NCBI GenBank assembly: GCA_951406725.2
Contig: OX597814.1
Coordinates: forward strand, 186,186,001 to 186,250,000
Length of the DNA stretch: 64,000 bases
From: Octopus vulgaris
Lineage: Eukaryota
Direction of reading: 5' to 3'
In this document: in pieces, positions 23,088 through 36,645 of the stretch
How the letters are laid out: each line of letters starts with the position of its first letter
Numbering within the stretch: position 1 is the first letter of the stretch
Notes under the pieces: model-generated
What the model was told of the DNA's origin: nothing
Databases searched by the model: none
The model's input: only the letters and a program-made list of their open reading frames with translations
Made by a program: the position numbers and the translations under genes

Positions 23088-23790
23088 CTTTTATCTTTTA
23101 CTTGCTTCAGTCATTGGACTATGGCCATGCTAAGGCACTGTTTTAAAGGGATTTGATCAAACAAATCGACCCCAGTACTTACTTTAAGGCTGGTACTTAT
23201 TCTATCGGATTCTTTTGTCAAACTGCAAAGTTATGTGAGTGTCAACAAACCAACACCAGTTGTCAAGCAGTGGGGAAGAAACATAATGACATACATTCAC
23301 AAACACACACACACATACATGCATATATACATAAATGCATGCATATATACATACATGCATGCATGCATGCATGCATACATATATACATGCATGCATACAT
23401 ACATACATACATGCATGCATGCATACATGAATGCATACATATATGCATGCATACATATACACATGCATATATACATTCATGCATACATGCATGCATATAT
23501 ACATACGTGCAGGCATATATACATACATGCATGCATATATACATATATGCATGCATCCATGCATGTGTGCGTGCATGCGTGTGTACATACTTACATACAT
23601 ACATACATACATGACTGGCTGGCTGGCTGGCTGGTTGGCTGGCTTCTGCAGAGTTTCTATCTAACAATTTTACTTATAAGATATTGGTCAGCCAGGGCTA
23701 TAGCAGAAGACACCCAAGTGACCACACAGTGGACCTGAACTCGAAAACACACGGTTTCAAAGTGAGCTTCTTAACCACGCAGCCATTCCT
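23088..23790 (-). mobile_element. SINE family A with expanded internal (CATG)/(CATA) microsatellite
   Basis: Tail at 23088-23280, ~330-bp simple repeat, head at 23640-23790. Confidence 0.8.
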
Positions 23791-24214
23791 CAATAGAAAC
23801 ATTTTTTTTTTCAGATAATTAACTCTGTCTTCAGAGATGAAAAAATGTTATAATATTACATCTACACTACGCATCAATTGATTTATGAATATTACTCTTT
23901 GATCTTAGGCAAAAGGCTGAGAAGCATTTTCCATTACTAACGATGAATTTAATTGTCCAAAAAATTATAATCATATTCATAACATTGCATCTCAGACATC
24001 AAAACATTTAAGCATGTATCTAATACTACATAATCAAACAATTACTTAGATATCACCTTTTTTTTTTTTCAGATAGTAGAATGTGATTTAAGGGAAATTT
24101 AGTAGCTATTTCTAGCAGGTCAAGTCACTCTGTAGAGACTCTTTTATTAGCTCCTGATCAATGAGGTTGTAGTCTGTGGTAATATTCATCAACTAATATT
24201 ACTTAGTAAGCATG

Positions 24215-24640
24215 GCATGCGTCTTTTATGAATGATATGCATACCAAAGTACAAAATGCCAATTCTGCAAACAGATAATCAGATGTTTTATTGGTGACAC
24301 GACTCTTGATGTTCAAATCCAAGTTATAAGAAGTGGTTTATTAATTTTAAGATTGGTTTCATTGATATATTCACAATAGATGACATCTAGCATTAGCTAG
24401 AGCTGTCATTCTCGAGGGTCACAACCCCACTTGGATGTTGCTGAGCATTTATCTCGAGGTTATGAAGCTATCCACATTTCATCAACAGTTAAATCTGCTG
24501 GCAACTAACACAAGCCTTGCTGTAATATTTCCAAGCGAGTAGCGATAATTCAGTTTTCTTTAATTCTATTGATAAGCTTTATATCTTATAAATTAACAAG
24601 TTCCTCTATAGATTTCTACATTTCATCAGTATAAAATCAT
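24215..24640 (+). pseudogene. Possible mariner transposase N-terminal remnant, highly decayed
   Basis: ACVFYE... GDTTLDV... WFINFKIG... LAEHL resemble mariner HTH regions. Confidence 0.4.
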
Positions 24641-26019
24641 GAATGGAAAGTTAGTTTTATAACAACAGATTTCATCTGACTTTTAAGAAAGAGGCTAAGA
24701 AGAAGAATTTATCATAGCAAAAATATGACTGATTACTGCTGATATACATTTTTACAGTTATGTTTGTGGTTCTTTACTTTATTATTTACTCGTATTTTAT
24801 TTTGAATAAATTTCAACAATTGTAGTGTATAAAGCTAAAATCTAATTAATATTGCCTCAATTCTCATAGATTAAACCAGCATCATGTTTTATTTTTACAC
24901 TGTACAGCTAAACTTTTATTCCATTAGCTTGACTTGATATCATCGCAAGATTTTAAATTTATTTTGTATATTTCTCATCTTTTTACAAATAAATATTTTA
25001 TTTTATTGACTGTCATATAAAACAACTTTTGAAACAAATCTTTGATTACATCGCTGTTAAATTGGTCTTCAACAATGGACTATCACAGCAAGTTAAGTAA
25101 ATGTGAGTGTGTGTATGTATGTGTGTGTGGGTGTGTGTATGTGCATGCGCATGTGTATGTATTGTTCTCTTCATAAGTAGATCATTCAACAAAATATTGA
25201 AGCTATAACTTGTTTTTATAAACCATCACCCTATGATGCCCATCTAAAATTTTTCTCTCCATCCAGTCAATATTCTTTCATATCTTGCTCACTGTGAATA
25301 TATCTTTTACTTGAAGGTTAAATTTACTCAATAATATTTTTCTTATCCTTCCATTAACAACAACCTCTTAATCTTCTTTAAAAAGCTTCTTGACAACTAT
25401 CCAGACAATATTATTACATATATTGCTAGGGAAAAGAAAAAAACAATTCTTTTCTCCATAATTCTATTAATAAACATCACAGGAGGAAAAAAAGGAAATA
25501 ACTAACTTAGTACATTTATAGTAGTTTTACTTATGTTTTTACATTCAATAGTTATAAGAAACTCCATTTTTTTTTGTTTTATTTTTCATTAATATACACA
25601 CCCTAGAACTATTGGCTGCTTTCTTTCATTCACAGACTATCAAGACTATCCGTTTATTCATTCCCAACAGACAACAAGGCTATTAACTACTTCCTCTCCA
25701 TCAGACAGAACTATTGATTATTTCCTTTACGTATAAACACCGGAATTAATAGCCTATTCCTTCCCAGCAGTCCCTAGAACTATTAGCTTCCTTCACACGC
25801 AGAGATCAAGACTATTAACTCCTGGAGAATAGTCAATAGTCATAATTATTGACTTCTTCCTCACCATTTAGTGTTGCATACTGTTGGAAAATACAAAAAT
25901 AAAATGTTAAACACAACAAGTGAAAAAATATTAACAATATGTCGATTTCTTTTTGTTGTCCTTCTGAGGTCGAACACTACCAGTCCAGTGGATCTCAAAC
26001 TTTCTTGGGACTATTCGGT

Positions 26020-26410
26020 AATACTCTTGTTTCAGTCATTTGACTGTGGCCATGCTGGTGTACTGCCTTTAGCCAAGCAAATCGACCCCAGGACTTATTC
26101 TTTGTAAGCCTAGTACTCATTCTATCAGTCTCTTTTGCGAAACTGCTAAGTTACGGGGATGTAAACACACCAACATCGGTTGTCAAGTGATGTTGGAGGG
26201 ACAAACACAGACACACAAACATATACACACATACATATATATACATATGTATACATATGTATACATATATACGACGGACTTCTTTCAGTTTCCGTCTACC
26301 AAATCCACTCACAAGGCTTTGGTTGGCCCGAGGCTATAGTAAAAGACATTTGTCCAAGATACCACGCAGTGGGACTGAACCTGGAACCATGTGGTTCATA
26401 AGCAAGCCTA
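26020..26410 (-). mobile_element. SINE family A
   Basis: Reverse complement of the family body and tail. Confidence 0.88.
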
Positions 26411-26429
26411 CTACTACTACTACTACTAC

Positions 26430-26483
<54 letters not shown>

Positions 26484-26487
26484 TAAT

Positions 26488-26748
26488 AAACCAAGCTCAA
26501 GAAATATGTCAAAGAAATCAGAATTGACATGAGATCAGGGCAAGCTCTAAAAACTGCTCTGCTGGGGACAGCTAGGATTTTGGAATCAGCACTTGGGTGT
26601 TGAATGTCTTCCATGATAACTAACAACCAAGTATCAAAGATTATAAAGTATGAAAAGAGACCCTGTGTGACCGCTGACAACAAGCTGCTGTCCGCTCTCA
26701 CAGAATCTACCAGAGCAAACAAGATCAAGTGCTCTGAGAAGTAAAACA
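26488..26748 (+). mobile_element. R4/Dong-type LINE extreme 3' end within (TAA)n
   Basis: KLKKYVKEIRIDMRSGQALKTALLGTARILESALGC* matches the QK.ALLGTARIL C-terminus; (TAA)n on both sides. Confidence 0.7.
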
Positions 26749-26764
26749 ATAATAATAATAATAA

Positions 26765-26930
26765 AAACATTGTGATGCTGCAGTTGAGACTCGCATTGTT
26801 GACCTGCAGAAAGCATCAGCCTGTATTCTGCAAGAATGCCAAGATTTTTGGTATTTGAAGAAATCTGTTGACACCAGACCCCAGAATAACATCCCTACTA
26901 ATTATATTAGCATGTAATAGCTTTGGGATG
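26765..26930 (+). mobile_element. Second, more decayed R4/Dong-like 3' end
   Basis: DLQKAS followed by a frameshifted YSAR, between TAA/TGA tracts. Confidence 0.4.
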
Positions 26931-27147
26931 ATGATAATTATTATAATGATAATAATAATAATGATGATGATATAATTCATTATAATCTGTTATATTATGT
27001 TGTACAGCTCTCAACTAGATCAAAGTATGGTATAAATGAAACAACTGCTTTGTAGGTCTCATCTACTCATTTAGCCAACTGTTTATGTGCCATAAGACTG
27101 CTTGCTCAGGAGGACTTCATTTTTATTCTACAATGCTAATAATCATT

Positions 27148-27197
<50 letters not shown>

Positions 27198-27615
27198 ACT
27201 CTCTATTTCTTTCTCACACACACAATGAAGAGTTGTGGCCAAAACATTTAACTGTTCTGCTTCCTCACAACATAAAATTTACTCCATGAATTGAACCCCT
27301 TGTATAACTATTTATCAACGCAGAACATTACAAGTCTCTGCGTATTCTACACTGATTTACTATTTGCAAAAAGATTGATCCTTGTCCTTGGTGAAACTGT
27401 CAAACCTGCACAAATTTCTGCATTTCTGGATAGGATCATTCAGGACAACTTCATCCTCACACAGTACATAATAAAAGTTTATGTTTAGAATGTAAATCTG
27501 ATTTGTCTAATTGTTAATTAATTTCAGTCAAAACAGCAACAGCACTAGGTGGCTGTTCTGCTTCAAGCTGGTTCTTGTGTGCTTGCATGGCCACATTCTA
27601 CAATGGCAGCATCTT

Positions 27616-27885
27616 CGGATCTTTACCTTTTGACCAGCAGTTTTAGAAAATAATTTTTTGTAACTAAACACTTTCAAACTTCGGACACTGGTAGAATGTG
27701 TCATATAAAACATCTTTTACTCTTAGTGTTGTTGAGAAAAGTTTCTATTTTCGAAGTTATTTCGTATTAAAGTTGTCATATTTCAGTAATTTCAACCAAT
27801 CAATGACGTGTTTTCAGCTGAATAAAATTACTGCTATTGTTTGTCAACAACAACTATCGGCAGTATATCAAAGGGAAAAGATCTG
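27616..27885. mobile_element. MITE with ~18-bp TIRs
   Basis: CGGATCTTTACCTTTTGA ... TCAAAGGGAAAAGATCTG; flanks CATCTT / TATCTT. Confidence 0.75.
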
Positions 27886-27914
27886 TATCTTCTTATGGTC
27901 CAAATTTTAGGACA

Positions 27915-28490
27915 CTTGTAGCATTAGGAAAAGATATCCATACTCCATGCTCTTGCATATATTGCTACTCCACCCTGTATTAAGAAAGTGGACCATTTTA
28001 AGGAGTGCCCCTCCCAGGAAAGATAAAGGCAGTATCTGCCTATGTAGATGATGTTATAGCCATGGTATTACAAATATCCAAAACTGGAATGGTGTGCATG
28101 CTAAACTAGCCAAACACAAACAGATGACAAGATCAGGAGAAATCGGTGGACTTGATTCTAAACAGCTGACGAGGTAAGTCAATTTGAACAATTTGTCCAG
28201 TTAAATTGCTTAGAATCTAATTCAATCCAGATATCTAAATGGGAAAAGAACTTGGATGAGATAAGAGGATGTTAAATCTAACCCAGATATGGGTTGACAG
28301 GAAGCTGTCTCTGAAAAGTGAAGCAGTGCTGGCCAGGGCATATATATCTCTAATGATGTACTAGCAATTGTTGACCGTGTTATTCTCCAAGGCATGACTG
28401 GCCAAAATAGAGCACCTACTCTTCTACATTCTGTGGTAATTGATGGTTAGTTACCCCATTTATTGTCAACATCTATGCTCTTCATATGAC
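27915..28490 (+). pseudogene. Tx1/L1-clade LINE RT remnant
   Basis: GVPLPGKIKAVSAYVDDV (YxDD), LTQIWVDRKLSLKSEAVLA (cf. W..RKLSLKGRA); stops and frameshifts. Confidence 0.7.
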
Positions 28491-29016
28491 TGTCATTTAG
28501 CTGACTTTTCTGGTGTTTAATGAGTGGCGAATCTTCTCTCCAGTAAGATACCAGTCTATTGCAAATAAAGCTTTCCCAAAACGCACCCCTACTCTCGACA
28601 AAGCAAATTTCAGTTTAATAATCATCTTTGATATTTACTATCTTATTATTACCATACCTGCATAATTTTGGCCTTTATAATTCAAAATCCAAATTCTACC
28701 ACAGAAATTTCCTCCCCTCCTTCCTTTTTATTTTGCTTTGTCTTTGCCTTTTATCAATTCTTGTGAAAGAATTCCGAGAAAATAAATATTAGTAATGTAC
28801 TGATATCAATTCCATCAGCTATAATCCTCCCTTATAATAAAAATTTGACCGGTGATGAGTCAAACGGAATCAATATTTACTTTGTAGATGATAGAAGAGA
28901 TGGCTGAGATAGTAGAGTACCTGACTAGATTAAATTTGTGAAGCAAAAATGCTTGCTATACCTTGTTTGTGTAAAATGAACAATAGAAAAGATTTGATTT
29001 AGTTTGATGCTGTATT

Positions 29017-29075
<59 letters not shown>

Positions 29076-29659
29076 GCTTTCTCTCTCTCTACATTATTCC
29101 CATCCAAAATTTATTGCATACCTTCACCTTCAATAATTTAGAAAGGAAATTTTCCAAGCCAAGCTTCCGTGATAATAAATAAAGAAATCAATTACTTGCC
29201 TTAAAAACTGACAATGAACAATATTTTATCACTCCAAACAAGAAAATTAGGCAAATAAGATCTCATTTTCGAGAACTCTATAAAGGAGTATAAAGAGTTT
29301 CTTTCTCTCTTTCTTTTAGTTATCAGTATTGGCATTATAATGCTTGTGATTGTTTATTTTCACTCTTGAGATATCAACAAACACTTAGCAATGTGGTATT
29401 TATTCATGGTAGTATTGTAAGATAGTTGATAGTAGATATCAATGTTGGCACAACCACAACTCCCAATCCGCTACCACACTGGTGCTACTAATATCGCTGT
29501 TGTTATTACTATATGATATCCTTGTTACCATCATCACAACACCTCTACAGCTTTGCCACAACTTCCTCATGATAAGACCATCCGAACACCACCCATCATC
29601 AGAACATCATCATCGCAACTTCACCATCACTTCCACACAACAAGACCATATTCAAAACA

Positions 29660-29930
29660 TTATCATCATCTTCGTCATTTTAATATCCACTTTTCTATGC
29701 TTGTATGGTCCAGGCAGAGTTTATTTGAGGCAGTTTTTCTATGATCAGATGCACCTTCTGTCACCTACCTTCAACTGTTTCAAAGCATGATAATATTTCT
29801 CCATGGCCACACATTTCTGAAAGAATATCGGACATGAGTGATACTGCTTGTATGACAGTGACACTCATTTACAACTATCATGTGATGTCAAGACAAGAAA
29901 ACACAAATGCATATATACATGTGTGTGTAT
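29660..29930 (-). mobile_element. 3' part of SINE A variant with RTE-type (GAT)n tail
   Basis: Reverse complement of the tail seen at 35600-35830 and 45460-45665. Confidence 0.65.
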
Positions 29931-29942
29931 TTATAATATTCA

Positions 29943-30125
29943 TGTAGCGGCACAAGCAGTCAGCACCATATTGGATGAGATCTCGTGCCAGCCATTGCCA
30001 TCTCTGAGACTGGAGTGAGACTGCACTTGCATCCATTTGCCATGCGCGAGATCACAACGAGGCTTGCAATGAAAAACTATATAAAGGGAAAACCTGATTC
30101 AGATCTCTCTCTTTTGGTGCCAGAC
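29943..30125 (+). mobile_element. Possible LTR remnant
   Basis: Starts TGTAGCGGC, is GC-richer, and has TATATAAAGGG at ~30078; no partner LTR or TSD found. Confidence 0.25.
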
Positions 30126-30582
30126 AGACAGACACTTAGACAGACAGACAGATAGATAGATAGGTGTGTGTGTGTGTGTATGTCTTTGTGTTTGTTCTTT
30201 CACTCTACTGCTTGGCAACTGGTGTTAGTTTGTTTACATCCCCATAATTTAGTAGTTCAGCAAAAGACAGAAGTACCAAGTATAGAAATATAAATACTGG
30301 GATTGATTTGTTCAACTAAAAACCCTTCAAGGCAGTGCCCCAGCATGACCGCAATCTGCTGACTGAAACAAATAAAAGACAAAAAAAAACAAGTAAAGAT
30401 TACTGCTAATACACTACAGTACCACTTTCAGTCATGACCACCACAAAAGATTATCACCTCATCACAATTTCGTCATCAATATCAAAACCTATGAAAAGGC
30501 CACAAGCTAGCAGAATCATAAGCACACTAGGTAAAATGCTTAGCAGCATTTTGTCCTTCTTTACATTCTGAGTTCAAGTTCT

Positions 30583-30813
30583 TATTTCTTTATTGCCCAC
30601 AAGGGGCTAAACATAGAGGGGTCAAACAAGGATAGACAAAGGTATTAAGTCGATTACATCGACCCCAGAGCATAATTGATACTTAATTTATCGACCCAAA
30701 AAGGATGAAAGGCAAAGTTGACCTCGGCGGAATTTGAACTCAAAACGTAAAGACAGATGAAATACTGCTAAGCATTTCGCCCAGTGTAGTAACGTTTCTG
30801 CCAGCTCACCGCC
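30583..30813 (-). mobile_element. SINE family B monomer, nested in another B-type head
   Basis: TATTTCTTTATTGCCCACAAGGGG ... CCAGCTCACCGCC. Confidence 0.88.
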
Positions 30814-30819
30814 TTATTC

Positions 30820-30945
30820 TAGTGGTCTCTTTTGCTGCACCACTAAGTTACAGGGACGTAAACACACCAACACCAGTTGTCAAGCAGTGGTGGGGCACAA
30901 ACACAGACACAAAGACACACACACATATTATATACATATACATAA

Positions 30946-30989
<44 letters not shown>

Positions 30990-31150
30990 ATGGGTTTCTT
31001 TCAATTTCCATCTACCAAATCCACTCATAAGGCTTTGGTCAGCCCGAGGCTATAGTGGAAAATATTGGCCCAAGAAGCCATGCAGTGGAACTGAACCCAG
31101 AACCATGTGATTGGGAAGCAAGCTTCTTACCACACTGCCACGCCTGCACC
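30820..31150 (-). mobile_element. SINE family A, tail truncated
   Basis: Family body and head on the minus strand. Confidence 0.8.
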
Positions 31151-31606
31151 TATTATTTTTATTTTGTTTTGTTTTTTAAATACGTCATACTGTACATCTA
31201 TGAAGTGGCTTTCTCAAAGACCAGAGAAAGTGATAAATATCAAAAATTCCCTTAAGGGTGTGGTGGTGGTGAGGGTGATGGTAGGGAGCGATCTTAAAGG
31301 AGTGTCTTAAGTGATATCTCACATATAATCCAAAGAAAAACAATAAAACTTTGTAAATATTTTGAAAGGTACCAGTTTATCTTTAATGGCACCAAAGCTT
31401 TTCAGATAGCAAAGGGAGAAAGTGTTCCACCATTATTTTCCATGGTGAGAAATAGACTAAACAATCATTCCACATTTCTGTTCTACTTCTATGAATGAAA
31501 GCCATTGTATGAGCTGTTGCTGTTGTTGTCTCCCATATAAACAGTTAAGTTTCAGTTTTCAAAGCAATAATGGAAAACGTTATATAAATAATAATAATAA
31601 TAATAA

Positions 31607-32848
31607 TTCTTTCTAATTTTAGCACATTTTGAGAGGAGGGGGCAAGTCGATTACATTGACCCAAGTTCTTTATTTTATTTTATTTTATTTTATCAACTTC
31701 CTGAAAGGATGACAAAGTTAACCTCGACAGGAATTGAACGCAGAATGTAAAGAACTGACAGAAATACATCATCATCATCATTTAACATCCGTTTTCCATG
31801 CTAGCATGGGTTGGACGGTTCGACCGGGGTCTGGTAAGCCATGGAGGCTGCACCAGGCTCTAGTCTGATTTGGCAGTGTTTCTACAGCTGGATGCCCTTC
31901 CTAACGCCAACCACTCCGTGAGTGTAGTAAAATACCACTTAACATTTTGTCCAATGCAGAAACACTTCTACATTGCTCACCACCTTAATAATGGTTTCAA
32001 ATTTTGGCACAAGGCCTGCAATTTTAGGGTGGTGGGTAAGTCGGTTACATTGACCCCAGTGCTCCTCTGGTACTTATTTTATCAACCCTGAGTGGAATTT
32101 GAACTCAGAACATAAAGACAGACAAAATGCCACTAAGTGCTTTGCCCAGCATGCTACTGATTCTGCCAGCTCACCACCTTAATGACAATTATAATATCAA
32201 TAATAATCCTGTCTACTATAGGCATAAGGTCTGAACAACAACAACAACAACAGCAGCAGCAGCACTCAGAGAACAAAACCTCCACCAAGGCTACACCAAC
32301 GTCCTCTCAACGATTAGCCATGGATGATTTTTAAAATGAGAATATCTGAAATAAACTCGACTGCTCTCACAAATGAGAATACTAAAAATGAACCCAACCG
32401 CTCTCAAAATTTAAGTAAAAAAAAACATGAAAAATAATCCAGAATCCTTGTTCAGAACCAAATTGATCCCAAAATCTAATCAGTTTGTGCCAGTCACGGG
32501 GCCAAACATCCGTGGAAGTTTCATCCAAATCCATCCAGCGGTTCTTGAGATATCTTGTCCATGGACCAACAAACAAACACGACTCAAAACAATACCTCTG
32601 CCTTCACTAAGGCAGAGATAATAATAATAATAATAATCCTTTCTAATACAGACACAATGCCTGAAATTTGGGGGAGGGGGATAATCAATTACATCAACCC
32701 CAGTACTTAACTGGTGCCTAATTTATCGACCCCAAAAGGATGAAAGGCAAAGTCAACCACAGCAGAATTTGAACTCAGAATGTAGTGGCAGACAAAATAC
32801 TGCTAAGCATTTCACGCAGCATGCTAACAACTCTACCAGCTAGCCACC

Positions 32849-32880
<32 letters not shown>

Positions 32881-33095
32881 CCTTTCTACTATAGGCACTA
32901 GGCCGGAAATTTGAAGGAGGTGGATATTCAATTATATTGACCCCAGTACCCTATTGCTATTTATTTTTTATCAACCCCAAAAGATGAAAGGCAATGTCAA
33001 CATCGGTGGAATTTGAACTCAGCACATGAAGACAGACAAAATACTGCAAAGCATTCCACCTGCCATGCTAACAATTCTGCCAGCTTGACACCTTA
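31607..33095 (-). mobile_element. Cluster of family B' SINEs in (TAA)n tracts (31607-31765, 31994-32180, 32638-32850, 32881-33095) plus a family C piece (31768-31928)
   Basis: Repeated AGGCACAAGGCC / GAAAGGCAAAGTC / GAATTTGAACTCAG / GCCAGCTC motifs separated by TAA repeats. Confidence 0.8.
32260..32620. mobile_element. Helentron/HINE-like non-autonomous element
   Basis: Sub-terminal ACCTCCACCAAGG near the left end and terminal hairpin CTCTGCCTT-CACT-AAGGCAGAG at the right end; inserted in A-rich simple repeats. Confidence 0.5.
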
Positions 33096-33194
33096 ATTAT
33101 AGTAATAATATTGATGATGAGGAGGAGGAGGAGGATGATGGTACTGCTGTTCATTTCAATGTTGCATACTTTTATATATTTTTTTGCTTTTTTT

Positions 33195-33400
33195 ATTCTT
33201 TTGTTTGCTTCAGTCATTTTGACTACGGCCATGCTGGAGCATCGCCTTTAGTCAAACAAATCAACCCCAGCACTTATTCTTTGTAACTCTAGTACTTATT
33301 CTATTGGTCTCTTTTGTTGAACCGTTAATTACAGGGATGTAAACACACCAACATCGGTTGCCAAGCGATGATGGGGGGACAAAAAGACATACAAACATAT

Positions 33401-33449
<49 letters not shown>

Positions 33450-33575
33450 TATACATATACATACATACATATATATATATATATGACAGGCTTCTTTCAG
33501 TTTCCGCCTACCTAATCCACTCACAAGGCTTTGGTTGGCCTGAGGCTATAGTAGAAGACACTTGCCCAAAGTGCC
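33195..33575 (-). mobile_element. SINE family A, 5' truncated
   Basis: Family tail, body and core on the minus strand. Confidence 0.85.
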
Positions 33576-34668
33576 ATAATTGTTGAATATTTTGATTCTA
33601 ATATGTCCATAACTGGTTACATGTTTCTGTTGCAAAACTGATATATAAATAAATTGAAATTTCAGATTCCAGTCAAGATTGAATCTGTTGTCCCAGCTTT
33701 AAACTTTGAGCTTCAACTATTCTGATTTACCATTGTGTGTGTGTGCCTGTGTGTAAGAGAGAGAGAGAGAGAGAGATCCAGTTCTAAATGTCCTAACTTT
33801 GACTATCAGATTTCCTTATATATTCAATATTATTTTAGTCTGTTTTTCCATGCTGGTATGTTTTAGGGAGCCCTATCTGATGGCCTTTCACCGCAGACAC
33901 TCAAAATGTTCTGAAATTTCAATTCACTGTTTTTCTACCCACTGTCTTAGTGCCTTATCTTGGAGGTGTAGCAATCATAAAGATAGCTATTTCCAAGGCT
34001 TCTGCACAAAGCAAGTGCTACTAAGTTTCATCACAGAAACTTTTTTTATCTTTTATGACCAAATGCTTCAGGTTACTAATTACCAAACCACTCCATAACA
34101 TAGATTATTATTATTATTATTATACATTTCTTTCTTTTATTTTTTTTGTTTTCAGTTTTATTGTAATTGAGGCCAAAGTGATAGGGGTGCAAGCTAACCA
34201 AAAGTGATTGTTTTTCTTCTTTTTTCTTTTTGTTAGGCAAAAGAGGCAGAATGTAATCAAAGTAAATGGCCCCCACTATGAAGAGATAAAAGGAGAGTCT
34301 ACTCTTACTAAATATAAAAAGGTGATATAAAACACTGCGGTGTATTTAGTCCCACAGTATACTGCTTCTACTAACTAACTGCATCAGCCAATGAAGAAGC
34401 CTCTTCTTGATTGCTCAACTTGCTAAAATAGTAGCCAAATCTCCCTAAAATTATACCACACCACCTTGAGAAAGGACACATTGGTTAATGTAATCTGGGT
34501 ACACTATACCCAAAAAAAACAAAAAAGAGAGTGAACTTCTTTGCCAGGATCAACTTAGAGCTAAGCAACAATTGATTGGCTTAAATTTTAAATCAGTGTT
34601 TTCCAACCATTTTTTTCTAATTTACACAGATGAACCCTCCTAGCCATTTGAAGTTTTAAAATTCTACA

Positions 34669-35055
34669 GGCGCAGGAGTGACTGTGTGGTAAGTAGCTTG
34701 CTTACCAACCACATGGTTCCGGGTTCAGTTCCACTGCGTGGCACCTTGGGTAAGTGTCTTCTACTATAGCTTCAGGCTGACCAAAGCCTTGTGAGTGGAT
34801 TTGGCAGACGGAAACTGAAAGAAGCATGTCATATATGTGTGTGTGTGTGTTTTTGTACCCCAACATCGCTTGACAACCGATGCTGGTGTGTTTACATCCC
34901 CCGTAACTTAGTGGTTTGACAAAAGAGACGGATAGAATAAATACTAGGCCTACAAAGAATAAGTCCTGGGGGTGATTTCTTTGACAAAAGGTGATGCTCC
35001 AGCATGGCTGCAGTCAAATGACTGAAACAAGTAAGAGTAAAGAGTAAAAGAGTAA
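34669..35055 (+). mobile_element. SINE family A, full length
   Basis: Complete head, core and tail ending (GAGTAAA)n. Confidence 0.92.
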
Positions 35056-35116
35056 GACAGTTTCAAGGATGGTGTTTTATCAGGAATCAAAAATAAAATT
35101 TTTCAAATTTGTTGCA

Positions 35117-35830
35117 GGCATGGCAGTGTGGTTCAGAAGCTTACTTTCCAACAATGATTTCAGGTTCAATCCCTTGTGCAGCACCTTTGGCAAATGTCTT
35201 TTTACTATAGTCCTGACCAAAGCCTTGTGAGTGGTTTCATCATCATCATCATCATCATGGTTTAACGTCCACTTTCCATGCTAGCATGTGTTGGACGAGT
35301 TTGACTGAGGTCTGGCGAACCAGATGGCTGCACCAGGCTCCAATCTTGATCTGGCAGAGTTTCTACAGCTGGATGCCCTTCCTAACACCAACCACTCCAA
35401 GAGTGTAGTTGGTGCTTTTTACATGCCACCGGCATAGGGGCCAGTCAGGCAGTACTGGCAATGACCTCACTCAAATCTTTTACACATGCCACTGGCACAG
35501 ATGCTAGTAAGGCGATGCTGGTAACGATCACGCTCGAATGGTGAAATATTTGTAGATGGAAACTTAAAGAAGCCTGTATATACGTGTGTGTGTGTGTGTG
35601 TGTACAACCTTGTCTTGATATCATGTGATATTTGTAAACAAGGGCCACAATCATACAATGTTTATTTCCATTCTTCCATGAAAACATATCTGACCATGGG
35701 GAAATATTACCTTGCTTGGAGACAAGTGAGGGTTGGTGACAGAAAGGGTATCCGGACATAGAAAATCTTCCTCAACAAATTCTGTCTGACCCATGCAAGC
35801 ACAAAAAAGTGAATGGTAAAAAAAATGATT
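35117..35830 (+). mobile_element. SINE A head with RTE-type tail, interrupted by antisense family C element (35238-35543)
   Basis: Head and core 35117-35236 resume at ~35546; tail GGTTGGTGACAGAAAGGGTATCCGG. Confidence 0.75.
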
Positions 35831-36072
35831 AAAGACAAAATAATGAATAACAAATGTCTTGCATGATTTGATTACATCATCTGTTGTTACTTACTGACCA
35901 GAAAACTCTACTTAAATGTCTTAACCAGAAAGGTCACTAAATGAATATCTCTGTTTCTGCTCCAAAAGACAGATCATCACTAACAGCTCTCTCTTACTCT
36001 CTCTCCTTCACCTTCTTTCTTTGACTTTCTCCATTCTTTTACTCAATATAAATACTATATGTGTGTGTGTAT

Positions 36073-36103
<31 letters not shown>

Positions 36104-36645
36104 CACATACAAACATATATATATATATATACACACACACATACATATATATATATATAGATACCCACTCATACATATATATATATATATATACACACGC
36201 GCATATATGTACACACACACACACACACACATACATATATATATATACACACATACATATATATACACACACACACATATATATATACACACACACATAC
36301 ACACACACACATATATGTACACATATAAATACACATACGTATGTATATGTGCATATATTTACATGCATATAAATACACAACTTACACATTTATATCATCC
36401 TCATCTTCATCATCATCGTTTAACGTCCGCCTTCCATACTGCCATAGGTGGGATAGTTTGACAAGAGCTGGCCAGGCAGAAGCCTGTACCAGACTTCTGC
36501 AATTGTTTTGGCAGGATTTTTACAACTGGATGCCCTTCCTAACACCAACCACTCACCAGAGTGGACTAATGTATATGTGTGCATATATATGTGCATTAAT
36601 ATATGTGCATTTATGTGTGTGCATATATATTGGCATTTATATGCA

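Noticed and set aside
25073-25110. ATG...GTGAGT as a first coding exon (MDYHSKLSK)
   Set aside because: Phase is incompatible with the 43127 candidate, and the donor runs into a GT repeat; no other support.
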